Origin: Alkanindiges sp. WGS2144
Lineage (GTDB): Bacteria > Pseudomonadota > Gammaproteobacteria > Pseudomonadales > Moraxellaceae
NCBI RefSeq assembly: GCF_043950625.1
Contig: NZ_CP171007.1
Strand: one strand, 5' to 3'
Length of the DNA stretch: 32,000 nucleotides
Part shown: one piece after another, positions 1-8,292 of the stretch
Position numbering within the stretch: the stretch's first letter is position 1
Layout: each line of letters starts with the position of its first letter
The notes under the pieces: model-generated
Seen by the model: only the letters and a program-made list of their open reading frames with translations
Database searches by the model: none
Told to the model about the DNA's origin: nothing
Program-made: the position numbers and the translations under genes

Positions 1-3000
1 TAAAGGTTGCACCTTTGGCATCGCCAATCAGGCTGGAAATTTTATCCCAGCGGTGATGTTCGGCTTTGGCTTTTTCCAGTTCCGCCAGATCATGAGCAGT
101 CTGCTTTTGCTGCTGTTCATCCTGCATCTTTTTGAGCTTAAGCGCCGTGCATTGTTCATCCAGCTGGTTTAATAATAGTTTTAATTCTGGTAGCTGTTGT
201 TGTAGCTCAGGCAGGTCATGCTCAGGCTGATGGTTCAAATGTTGTTGCCACTGCTGCTCGTAAACGCTAAGGGTATTTTGTGCCTGCTGCTGCTGTTGCT
301 GAAGTTGCTGTAAGTGGGTCTGCAATTGCCGTTTTTGCTCAAAATCAACGGCCAGTAAGCTGCTAATGTGTTGCCTGCCGAAGTGAGGATGTTGTTGCTG
401 CCATTGTTCGATAGTGCGCTCAACGTGTTGCAGGGATTGCCTGGTTTTTTCTAGTTGCTGTTGAATATGCGCCAGTTGCTGCTGAATGATAATATGTTGT
501 TTTTCAAAATATTGTTTTTGCTGATCGGTCTGATTCAACAGGTGTTGCTGGTCTTGGCGTTGCTGTTCCAGATGATTTTGCCATTCCTGACTTGAGTGCA
601 CCGTAAAAGAAGCGGCATAGCTGCTAAATAGCAATTCAAGAGCCTGCTGTCGTTCTTCTTGCTGTGTAAGTTGCTGCTCAAGCTGATGGGTTAAGTCGAC
701 TTGCTGGCTTTGCTGTTGCTCAATGGCTGCATCAAGTTGTGCCTTGTTGGTCTGGCATTGTTGTAGTTGTTTGTCGAGCTGGCTTAACTGTTTATGGGCA
801 TCACAGCGCAGCCGGATTTGCTGAGTAAACAATTGCTGTGCCTGTTCAGGCTGTTGTTGCCACTGCTGAATCAAAGCCGGGCTTAAGGAATCAATGAGTT
901 GCTGCTCCAGGGTAGCTAGCTCCTGACATTTTTCTACCAGTTGCTGATACGCCTTAAACTGCTTTTCCAGCTGTTGCCATTGTTCCAGCTGGTTTTGCTG
1001 TTGTTGGCATTGCTGTTCAAGTATGGTTTTGCCATCAAACAGCTTTTGTTGAATGTCCTTAAGTTGTTGCTGGGCAGCGCTAAGTTCAGTATTACCTTGT
1101 AAACGCTGATAAAACTTGCTGCTGATGCATTCAATCTCATGAAGTGTCGTAGTTTTGTCTTGCTCAAGTTGCTGCTGGTGTTGCGATAGTTGTTCCAGGC
1201 TGGTTTGCAGACGAACCACCTGCTGTTGTAGATCATGCTCCTGCTGTTTTGCCTGTTGCAAAGCGTGTTCTGCCTGTTGCAGCTGTTCATCAATTTGCTG
1301 GTTGAGGGCATCCAGCAGGTTTTTGGGGTCATAAAAAGGATGCCTGGTACTGCCGCACACCATGCAGGGATGCGCTGGCTGCAATTGCTGGCGTAATTCT
1401 TTCACGCTTTGGGCAGTAAACAGGCGCTGTTCCTGCAATAGTTGCTGCGTGGTTTTAAATTGGAGCTCGGCTTGCTGGCAGGTTATTGTAGCCTGCTCAA
1501 GCTGTTGCTTAGCTTTTTCAAGCTGTTGCTGCTGGGCATGTTGCTGCTGTTGCTGATTAAGGCGTTGCTGCTCGATTTTTGTCCATATTTGAATTTGATA
1601 ACTCACCAGTTCACATTTTGAAATCTGGTCTTTTTGTTGCTCCAGTTGCTGGCGGGTGTCACGCTGCTGTTGCTCCAGCGTTTCTATGCTGTCATGTTGC
1701 CCGCATAACTCTGCCAGTGCTTGTGCAAGTTCGGCTAGATGCTGCTGTCGATCGTCCATTGGCTGCGCAAAAATATCCGGTTGTTGTTCTAATAGGATTT
1801 GACGCAGATTGGCTGCTTTTTGAAGAGTTTGTATGGCTGCCTGCGGTTCAGTATCAAAAGCGGCAAAGTCCTGGCTATGCTGAAGTGTCGTCAGCTGTTG
1901 CTGTTGTGTGGTTTGCAGGTGCTCCAGCTGCTGCTGTTGCTGTATGCGCTGATCCAGTTGTGGAGCAAGCAGATTATCCAGTTGATTGAGGCGTTGTTGT
2001 AGCTGCTCTTGCTGCTGCTTAAGGCTGGCCAGTTGATGCTCATACTGTTGTGCCTGCTGCAAATGCGGCTTGATATGCTGGTGTTGCTCTATAAGTTTCT
2101 CAAATGCCAGCCTTTGCTGTTGATGTTCTTGCTGCTGTTGTTGTAGCTGCTGGGTCAGGATTTTGGCCTGCTGCTGGGCAGTAAGTTGTGCCTGCTTTTG
2201 TTCGATGAGTTGTTGTTGCAGTTGTTGCTGCTGGATAAAACATTCCCGCACGGGTTCAAACTGTTCCAGTTGTTGTAATAGCTTTACGTCTGGCTGAAAA
2301 TCGGTTAAAGCCTGTTGGGCGTGATGCAGTTGGATTTTTTGCTGGTCAATATGCTGCTGTAATTGCGCCTGTTGCTGATACCAGCCAATCTCTTTTTCCA
2401 GCTGCTGTTGTTGTGCCTGCCGCTGTGCAATATGGTTTTGGGTTTGTTGTAATTGTTCAGCTAAATCTTGCCGCTGCTGGTCGGTGAGGGGTTGTTGATC
2501 GCCCAGTTTTTTTTCAATGTGCTCTACTTTTTCGCGGGCTTGCTTGGTGGCGGCAAACGATGCCATACCGATACGGGAGTAAATATCAGAGTTGGTCAAA
2601 TACTCCAGCAGGTCAGCACGTTCTGCGTCTTTTGCTTTTAAAAAAGCGGTAACTTCTGATTGCGCCAGCAATACAGCCCGGGTGAACTGGTCAAAGCTTA
2701 GGCCAAGTAGCTGGCTAATGCGCTCATTGCATTCCTTGGTGCGTTCGGAAATCAGCTGATTGTCACTAATACAGCGCAAGGCACGCAGCACAGGCTGAAT
2801 GCGGCCACTGGCCTTGAGCCGGGCTCGCTTGACTTCCCAGCGTGCCAGATAGTGCTTATGATCCTGGGCAATAAACTCAACTTCTGCAAAGCCCTGTACG
2901 CAGCCACGCCGTAAAATGTTTACTGTTGAGTGAAGCAGGATGTCTTCACCACTGATGTCAGCCAGTTTTTTGTTATTTTCTGCTTGTTGCAGGCGTGGTA

Positions 3001-3172
3001 TTTGGTCAAACAACGCTAGACAGACTGCATCCAGTAGAGTGGTCTTGCCAGCGCCAGTCACACCGGTAATGGCAATCAGCCCGGCGTTTTTGAGTGGTTC
3101 CTGTTCAAAGTGGATACTGTGTTCACCCGCAATAGAAGCCAGATTACTTAGGCGTAAGCTTAAAATTTTCAT
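1..3172 (-). CDS. sbcC: SbcC, ATPase subunit of the SbcCD dsDNA exonuclease / hairpin endonuclease. The C-terminal end lies beyond the left window edge; at least 1057 codons are present.
   Basis: ATG at 3172..3170, 8 nt after the sbcD stop. The N-terminus MKILSLRLSNLASIAGEHSIHFEQEPLKNAGLIAITGVTGAGKTTLLDAVCLALF closely matches my recollection of E. coli SbcC. Walker A GVTGAGKT is at 3041-3064. A long Gln-rich coiled coil follows, with an in-frame zinc-hook CxxC (HPCMVCGS) at 1355-1366. No ORF ending at 3172 appears in the track, consistent with an open frame running off the edge. Confidence 0.9.
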   Translation of the reverse strand, partial: MKILSLRLSNLASIAGEHSIHFEQEPLKNAGLIAITGVTGAGKTTLLDAVCLALFDQIPRLQQAENNKKLADISGEDILLHSTVNILRRGCVQGFAEVEFIAQDHKHYLARWEVKRARLKASGRIQPVLRALRCISDNQLISERTKECNERISQLLGLSFDQFTRAVLLAQSEVTAFLKAKDAERADLLEYLTNSDIYSRIGMASFAATKQAREKVEHIEKKLGDQQPLTDQQRQDLAEQLQQTQNHIAQRQAQQQQLEKEIGWYQQQAQLQQHIDQQKIQLHHAQQALTDFQPDVKLLQQLEQFEPVRECFIQQQQLQQQLIEQKQAQLTAQQQAKILTQQLQQQQQEHQQQRLAFEKLIEQHQHIKPHLQQAQQYEHQLASLKQQQEQLQQRLNQLDNLLAPQLDQRIQQQQQLEHLQTTQQQQLTTLQHSQDFAAFDTEPQAAIQTLQKAANLRQILLEQQPDIFAQPMDDRQQHLAELAQALAELCGQHDSIETLEQQQRDTRQQLEQQKDQISKCELVSYQIQIWTKIEQQRLNQQQQQHAQQQQLEKAKQQLEQATITCQQAELQFKTTQQLLQEQRLFTAQSVKELRQQLQPAHPCMVCGSTRHPFYDPKNLLDALNQQIDEQLQQAEHALQQAKQQEHDLQQQVVRLQTSLEQLSQHQQQLEQDKTTTLHEIECISSKFYQRLQGNTELSAAQQQLKDIQQKLFDGKTILEQQCQQQQNQLEQWQQLEKQFKAYQQLVEKCQELATLEQQLIDSLSPALIQQWQQQPEQAQQLFTQQIRLRCDAHKQLSQLDKQLQQCQTNKAQLDAAIEQQQSQQVDLTHQLEQQLTQQEERQQALELLFSSYAASFTVHSSQEWQNHLEQQRQDQQHLLNQTDQQKQYFEKQHIIIQQQLAHIQQQLEKTRQSLQHVERTIEQWQQQHPHFGRQHISSLLAVDFEQKRQLQTHLQQLQQQQQQAQNTLSVYEQQWQQHLNHQPEHDLPELQQQLPELKLLLNQLDEQCTALKLKKMQDEQQQKQTAHDLAELEKAKAEHHRWDKISSLIGDAKGATF

Positions 3173-3180
3173 GGACTATT

Positions 3181-4455
3181 CTATGGTGTATCAGGCTGGG
3201 AGTCAGGTGGACGGGTCAGTGAGGGGCTGGATTGATCATGATGTTCGGCCTGGGCAAACAATTGCTGAAAGTCTTTTGTTACCTGCTGATCGTCCTGATA
3301 ACCCTGTTTTTGCCATAACTGCTGAAATAAATTAAGCGGTGTGGGCGCTTCCATACTCGCAACAGGCTGAGCCGACCCGGATGCTTTGACCTGTGGTCTG
3401 GCCATACGGCTTAGGCGTACCAGCCGGTAATTATCCTTGGGCAGGGCAGCTTCAATTTGCTGCCTGAAGTCTGGCGGTGGCGGCGTATCGCTAGAATACT
3501 CAATATCCACAAAAGCCTGTTGTGCCAGAGGTAAGGGGTTGCAGGCTTCCAGATTTTTGACTTTATCCAGTACTTCTGTCAGCTTGCCTTTAATTTTAAA
3601 CAAAGGGACACGGCGCGGGACAGGTAGTGATTCAATTCTGGCCTGTGTTTGTGGCTCCAACTGTACCTTAACCACCTGATGTTTATAGTGTACCTCGCTA
3701 AAGGACAAAGGGATGGGAGAGCCACTATAACGAATGTGTTCCTGTTCAATATATTGCGGACAATGCAAATGACCCAGTGCCACATACTGGATATCCGGGT
3801 GAAACAGGCTGGTGGATAACGCTTCGGCATTGCCAACCACAATCGGGCGTTCTGAATCCGAGCTGGTGCCGCCCTGCATATGGGCATGGGTCATTAATAA
3901 TAATGATTGTTCAGGGGTTTTGCGTCGCTGTGCTTCTTCAATGAGTTGCTGATACAGCGCCTGGGTGGCTTGAGCGGTGTCCTGATAATCCTGCCCGTAG
4001 CCGGTAATTTCAGCAGGACGCAAATAGGGCAGGGCAATACACCATGCGCATATTTGCTGCTGGGCGTTATAAATCGGGCGCAGTAGTTTGTCCAGATTCA
4101 AGGTGTTGTCATCCTGCCACTCAATGATACCCACCACATGCGCGTTATATTTTGCCAGTAACGGCTCAACCTGTTCTAGCCGGTGTCCCGAGTCGTGGTT
4201 GCCGGCAATCATCAGGATTTGTAAATGGCTGACTTTTTGGTGTGCTGCTGCAATAAACTGGTTTAATTGTTTCAGTGCGGTGGTAGAAGGGTTCACGACA
4301 TCGAAAATATCGCCGGCAATCAACAGGGCGTCCGGCTGATGCTGTTCCAGCTGTTCCAGTAACCATTGCAAAAAACACTCATGCTCATAGTGGCGTGAAT
4401 GATGATAAAAAAACTGTCCCAGATGCCAGTCCGAGGTATGAAAAAAATGCAGCAT
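3181..4455 (-). CDS. sbcD: SbcD, Mre11-family nuclease subunit of SbcCD
   Basis: 424-aa ORF. Calcineurin-like phosphoesterase motifs are present: FHTSDWHLG, LLIAGDIFD, IAGNHD, MTHAHM, ALGHLH. It lies directly upstream of sbcC on the same strand, the canonical sbcDC operon. Confidence 0.92.
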   Translation of the reverse strand: MLHFFHTSDWHLGQFFYHHSRHYEHECFLQWLLEQLEQHQPDALLIAGDIFDVVNPSTTALKQLNQFIAAAHQKVSHLQILMIAGNHDSGHRLEQVEPLLAKYNAHVVGIIEWQDDNTLNLDKLLRPIYNAQQQICAWCIALPYLRPAEITGYGQDYQDTAQATQALYQQLIEEAQRRKTPEQSLLLMTHAHMQGGTSSDSERPIVVGNAEALSTSLFHPDIQYVALGHLHCPQYIEQEHIRYSGSPIPLSFSEVHYKHQVVKVQLEPQTQARIESLPVPRRVPLFKIKGKLTEVLDKVKNLEACNPLPLAQQAFVDIEYSSDTPPPPDFRQQIEAALPKDNYRLVRLSRMARPQVKASGSAQPVASMEAPTPLNLFQQLWQKQGYQDDQQVTKDFQQLFAQAEHHDQSSPSLTRPPDSQPDTP

Positions 4456-4594
4456 ATCCCTTAAGTCGCGTCAGGCGAGTGAACTGCATTAAGGCTAACA
4501 GATTTTAAGTCAGCAGGGCTATGTCGGTGCGCATAATTTTATCTTACGCTGACTATGTTGTTTATTGGAGTGGGGAGCAAAACAGGTGAACAAA

Positions 4595-4631
4595 ACCCAG
4601 CTTGGGCAATAGTCTGGTACCTAAGCTGGGT
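4595..4631 (-). terminator. Putative rho-independent terminator after the 128-aa secreted-protein gene
   Basis: Inverted repeat acccagctt (4595-4603) / aagctgggt (4623-4631), flanked by an A-run on one side and a T-run on the other, so a U-tract follows the stem on either strand. It lies about 45 nt downstream of the stop at 4676. The 19-nt loop lowers confidence. Confidence 0.4.
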
Positions 4632-4675
4632 TTTTAAAAGCATACAACTACATTGTAGTAGTGAGATGACTAAAA

Positions 4676-5062
4676 TTATTGGTTGGCTGTTCCAGTCATG
4701 CCGCCTGTACCCGACATATTATTTGGCCCAATGTTTTTAAAGGCCAGCGCACATTTGCCGTTAACCTGCGCACCGTTTAAGGTAGCAGTGGTTGAGGCTG
4801 CCTGTCCGCTACATGCCTGATCCGCTTCCATGGCGTCAATATCGCGCATGGTTTTGGCGGGAATGAAGCGATATTCACAAGTGCCGTTAAACACAACGCC
4901 ATTCATTGCCACAGAGGCAGGCGCTCCCTGGGATTTACCGCGGCAAGCCTGTTGAAGTTTTGCCGTATTGTATTGGAAAGCTTCGCCCATTGGTGCTGCC
5001 TGGGCACCAGTAACTGCCAGACTGCCTAACATTGCAATGCCAACAAGAATTGGTATTTTCAT
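4676..5062 (-). CDS. Small secreted protein of unknown function with two Cys-pair repeat modules
   Basis: Sec signal peptide MKIPILVGIAMLGSLAVTGAQA-AP. Internal duplication: QACRGKSQGAPASVAMNGVVFNGTCEYRF versus QACSGQAASTTATLNGAQVNGKCALAF. Four Cys in total. An SD-like aggtaag lies upstream of the ATG, and a terminator-like hairpin lies downstream. Confidence 0.6.
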   Translation of the reverse strand: MKIPILVGIAMLGSLAVTGAQAAPMGEAFQYNTAKLQQACRGKSQGAPASVAMNGVVFNGTCEYRFIPAKTMRDIDAMEADQACSGQAASTTATLNGAQVNGKCALAFKNIGPNNMSGTGGMTGTANQ

Positions 5063-5233
5063 CGGTTCTTACCTCATTATTAATATGGTATGAACAGCCT
5101 AAGGTGCTGGCTTGTGAGCTTCAACCTACTAAAGTTTTGAAAAAAGTAAAAAAACGCATTTAAATGATGACAATTTGTGAATTCGTGAAAAGTTATATAT
5201 CCATCAAGCAATTACCATTGCTTTATCCAGAGC

Positions 5234-5263
5234 AAAAGCGGCACTAAAAATAAGGCCGCTTTT
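5234..5263 (-). terminator. Putative rho-independent terminator after the 334-aa membrane-protein gene
   Basis: Stem aaaagcggc (5234-5242) / gccgctttt (5255-5263) with a 12-nt loop, about 22 nt downstream of the stop at 5285. On the minus strand the 3' arm ends in a U-run. Confidence 0.5.
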
Positions 5264-5284
5264 GAATCGGACAGAGCAGGAGGG

Positions 5285-6289
5285 TTAGTAGGTACGAGTG
5301 GTATCGACCCGGTTAACCTCTACCGTACGGATCGCTGTACGACCACCAATTGCAGCAGCAATCACACCCAGTAATGATGCAATAAAGGCCCATAGTGCTG
5401 CTTTGGTTGCTGCATCAGCAGCCTGTTGTGCAGCCTGACGTGCTTTGGCTTCGGCTGCCTGCATTTGTTGACGGGCAGTTTGATAGGTACCTATCCAGCC
5501 ATCCACGGTGCGTTCAGCTTCTGCCGGGGTTTGCCCGCGCGCTACCAGAACGTTGACCAGTGCCTGGCGATCCACAGCATTAACGGTGTCCTGACCTTCA
5601 CGGAACAGGTTTTGTAGTAGCTGATCTACATTAGCGTTTTGCTGTGCAGGTGCTGCATTGGCATTTGCCTGTGCAGTATTTGTTGCCTGATCAGTGGCTT
5701 GTTGTGCCTGAGCCCGCAGGTTTTCCGGTTGCAATTCGGGTTTGCCAGTCTGGCGTAACAGGGTTTTGGCTTCCTCACGAATGTTGTTTAGATCAAAGCC
5801 ATTTTTACGCAAGGTATCCTGGGCAGAATCTACAGCACCTGGAGCTGCTGCTGCGACTGCCGCACCGCCAACTGCCAATCCCTGGCCAATCAATGTTCCA
5901 ACGCCGGTGACCACCCGCCCCATAGCGGTAGTTAGTAGTAAAGTGGCCAGTGCCCATACCATTGCACCATGCATCAAGCCATCCTTTGGTGTGCCGTTGG
6001 CCAGTCGGCCGCTGACCCAGCCACCAAGAAACATGGCAATAATTGAACTAATTGTCCACCAGATCAGGCCGCCAGTAGCAAGACCATCCATGGGATTAGC
6101 TTCTTTAGCGGGGTTGAGGGTACTTAAGCCAATCGCGGTACCCAGTAGCATAAGCAGTACCTGGATGGCGAGTGCCATAATTACACCCGCAAAAATTGCT
6201 CCCCAGGACACACGGTTATACCATAAGGGCATATCACTTATGGTCGTGCGCTCATGATGAACGCCTGTATGCTGTGTTGGAGTTTCCAT
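5285..6289 (-). CDS. Integral membrane protein of unknown function: N-terminal Gly-rich multi-TM region, Gln/Ala-rich central segment, C-terminal TM anchor
   Basis: 334-aa ORF. Hydrophobic segments include WGAIFAGVIMALAIQVLLMLLGTAIGL, LIWWTISSIIAMFLGGWVSG, MVWALATLLLTTAMG and GLAVGGAAVAAAAPG. These are followed by a polar Q/A/N-rich stretch and a final TM, ALWAFIASLLGVIAAAIGG. I recognise no family. Confidence 0.6.
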   Translation of the reverse strand: METPTQHTGVHHERTTISDMPLWYNRVSWGAIFAGVIMALAIQVLLMLLGTAIGLSTLNPAKEANPMDGLATGGLIWWTISSIIAMFLGGWVSGRLANGTPKDGLMHGAMVWALATLLLTTAMGRVVTGVGTLIGQGLAVGGAAVAAAAPGAVDSAQDTLRKNGFDLNNIREEAKTLLRQTGKPELQPENLRAQAQQATDQATNTAQANANAAPAQQNANVDQLLQNLFREGQDTVNAVDRQALVNVLVARGQTPAEAERTVDGWIGTYQTARQQMQAAEAKARQAAQQAADAATKAALWAFIASLLGVIAAAIGGRTAIRTVEVNRVDTTRTY

Positions 6290-6597
6290 AAGGTCGTCAT
6301 CCTTCTTTAATCATTAAGGTAAAATTAATTTAGCTGATTGAATTAGCGTAATAATGTTTTACTTATAAGAAGAAGTGTTAATAAAATGTTTCAAGTGAGG
6401 AGTTTTTAACAAGGGCTTACTTGTCGTCGCTTTAAGCTTACAAAAGATTTTGCAGTTTATATGGTGCATTGTCATGGCAGCACACTTTGGCTTTTATTTA
6501 TTAGAGGATTGCCTTTTATCATTTCCCTAATGACATAAGTTCTCTTTTGCAACAGAAAATACTAATATTGCACTAAAATAGCATGAGGGTATGAAAT

Positions 6598-6924
6598 TTG
6601 TATAAGTTAGGGCTTTTTACGTTACTCGCCACCGTGGTGTTGGTATCTGGCTGTGCCACTGTTCCTGTAGAGATAGAGGCACCGCGAGCCATGATCCAAA
6701 ACCGTGCTACTCAGGCAATCTCTGTCATTCGTTACCAGCCATGTGACAGTGCACAGGAGGAGTGGGCTGACCTGGAGAATTCCCGGCTTCAACCAGGACA
6801 AGGTGCCCGTTTTGTGCTACCGGAAGATTGTGTAAATCTGGTTGCCTACTATGAGAGCGGTAAAGTGGCAGGCAAGCAAACCGGTGTGCGTCGCAGCTTC
6901 CCTTTAAGATGGTCACTATTTTAA
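6598..6924 (+). CDS. Small lipoprotein of unknown function (TTG start)
   Basis: Lipobox LVSGC in MYKLGLFTLLATVVLVSGC-ATV. The only in-frame start is TTG at 6598; the ATG at 6591 is out of frame and stops after 4 codons. SD-like gagggt lies about 8 nt upstream. The next lipoprotein gene follows after 29 nt. Confidence 0.55.
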   Translation: MYKLGLFTLLATVVLVSGCATVPVEIEAPRAMIQNRATQAISVIRYQPCDSAQEEWADLENSRLQPGQGARFVLPEDCVNLVAYYESGKVAGKQTGVRRSFPLRWSLF

Positions 6925-6953
6925 GTTTAATTTTTTAAGATTGGGGTAATAAT

Positions 6954-7865
6954 ATGAACAAATTCTTCTATGGGTTAAGCGGGCTTTGTCTTGCACTCTC
7001 GGGTTGTACTTCATTTTCTCATTATGTGGTTTCATCCCAGTTTGTTGCCAGCAGTCAAGAGCAGCAATCAGCAGAGGTGATCGCGACCAGGGCTTATCAT
7101 GACCATGCAGGTAGAACAGCAACTGTTGCCTTACGCGCACCTGATAGCTGTTCAAATAATACCGCTGATCAGGCCAGTGGTGGTGCAAAGTCACAGGGTT
7201 CAATCCTGATGACTAACTGTGGCGTGGAAATGGCGGAGATAGAAAAAGCACTGGCTCGCGCTAACTATAAAGTAATTTCCTGGAATATACTGGCAAACGA
7301 GATGGCACATGGCCGTTCAGCTGCAGAAGTAGCCAAATCACTTGGTGCTGACATTTTATTCCAGATCAACTCTCTTGAAAAATCCAAAAAAACGCTGGGT
7401 AAGGATGCACGATGGGAGCGCCAATACTTTCAGGCTGATGCAAGAGGTAACCCAAGAGGCGAGCAGTTATTTCCGGATACTACCCGGAACTTTATTAAAA
7501 ATACTTATTTGAATAATATAGAAAAGACTTATGATCCATCAACGCTAGCGGTTACTTTGGATGCTTCTGCTGTTTTAGTAGAAACTGGCCAGTCAATTTG
7601 GTACTACCGCTGGACCCATGCTTCTGAGCCGTCAAAAGTAGGTTCCCACTATCTTCTGCAACTAAATTGTATGGATGGCAGTATTTATGCCTGTCAGGTT
7701 GCGCCAGTAACCAATACGCCAGGTATGGACAAAACAGTACTGGCATCTGGCGAAAGTGATGCAGTGAGCGTATCAGAAAAGCCAGAGGACAAAGAACGCG
7801 CTATCTATGCAGAGCTTCTTAAAGAAGTGATTGAAGATTTTGTAAAAAATTATTCAAAGGGATAA
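6954..7865 (+). CDS. Lipoprotein of unknown function
   Basis: Lipobox LALSGC in MNKFFYGLSGLCLALSGC-TSF. The mature 303-aa ORF has several Cys. It looks more AT-rich than flanking genes by eye. No family recognised. Confidence 0.6.
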   Translation: MNKFFYGLSGLCLALSGCTSFSHYVVSSQFVASSQEQQSAEVIATRAYHDHAGRTATVALRAPDSCSNNTADQASGGAKSQGSILMTNCGVEMAEIEKALARANYKVISWNILANEMAHGRSAAEVAKSLGADILFQINSLEKSKKTLGKDARWERQYFQADARGNPRGEQLFPDTTRNFIKNTYLNNIEKTYDPSTLAVTLDASAVLVETGQSIWYYRWTHASEPSKVGSHYLLQLNCMDGSIYACQVAPVTNTPGMDKTVLASGESDAVSVSEKPEDKERAIYAELLKEVIEDFVKNYSKG

Positions 7866-8292
7866 ACCTGCTCTGGACTGCAATGTTTTCGCTTTAATGA
7901 TCCTGTAAAACTCCTTGCTTTATATAGCTGGTCTATAAAAGTGGGGAGTTTGGGAAAAATATACGCAAATTAATAAACTAAAAAATAACGGCTGACCCCG
8001 CTTGCGCGTGTGAGAGATTAGGCCAGCCGCCAAGATTTGCTGCCCATTCTAAAAGAACGGATGCTACAACAAATAAGACTGCTCTATATCAGCATGCCAT
8101 CAGTGACATAGAGCAAACTGAGGTGATTACCCCTATATAACGACACTAGCCTTAAAAGCGTTGACAGTTTTTTATAAAAAAATTATCGCAAGGTGTATTA
8201 ACAATTTTAAAAATCTTTATAGGATAAATTTCCTTAATTATTTTTTATACTTAGCTGTTATTTTGAAAGCACATTCTGGTTGGGATAATTTT

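Noticed and set aside
235-1332. Minus-strand ORFs 235-423 and 934-1332
   Set aside because: Both are on the same strand as sbcC but out of frame with it (their start coordinates are 0 mod 3, versus 1 mod 3 for sbcC). They are low-complexity translations of the same repeats.
1362-2002. Plus-strand ORFs inside sbcC (1362-1556, a Cys-rich 64 aa ending CCCWACCCCC; 1579-1989; 1799-2002)
   Set aside because: These are antisense or frame-shifted readings of the CAG/CAA-rich sbcC coding strand. Their composition is implausible and they lie fully inside a well-supported gene.
1-2500. Possible CRISPR array or tandem repeat suggested by the recurring ttgctg/ctgctg periodicity
   Set aside because: There are no fixed-length direct repeats separated by unique spacers. 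The pattern is codon-level Gln/Leu bias within one continuous reading frame.
5742-6257. 171-aa plus-strand ORF, plus smaller ones, opposite the 334-aa membrane-protein gene
   Set aside because: This is a shadow ORF on the antisense strand of a Gly/Ala-rich gene. The minus-strand product has coherent TM architecture, an SD and a terminator.
8161-8292. TTG-initiated 44-aa N-terminal extension of DsbD from the ORF track
   Set aside because: The extension is AT-rich and Asn/Phe/Tyr/Ile-rich, and it precedes a perfectly good signal peptide starting at ATG 8293. TTGACA at 8161-8166 is more plausibly a weak -35-like hexamer (TATCGC lies 17 nt later), but that is too weak to call as a promoter.
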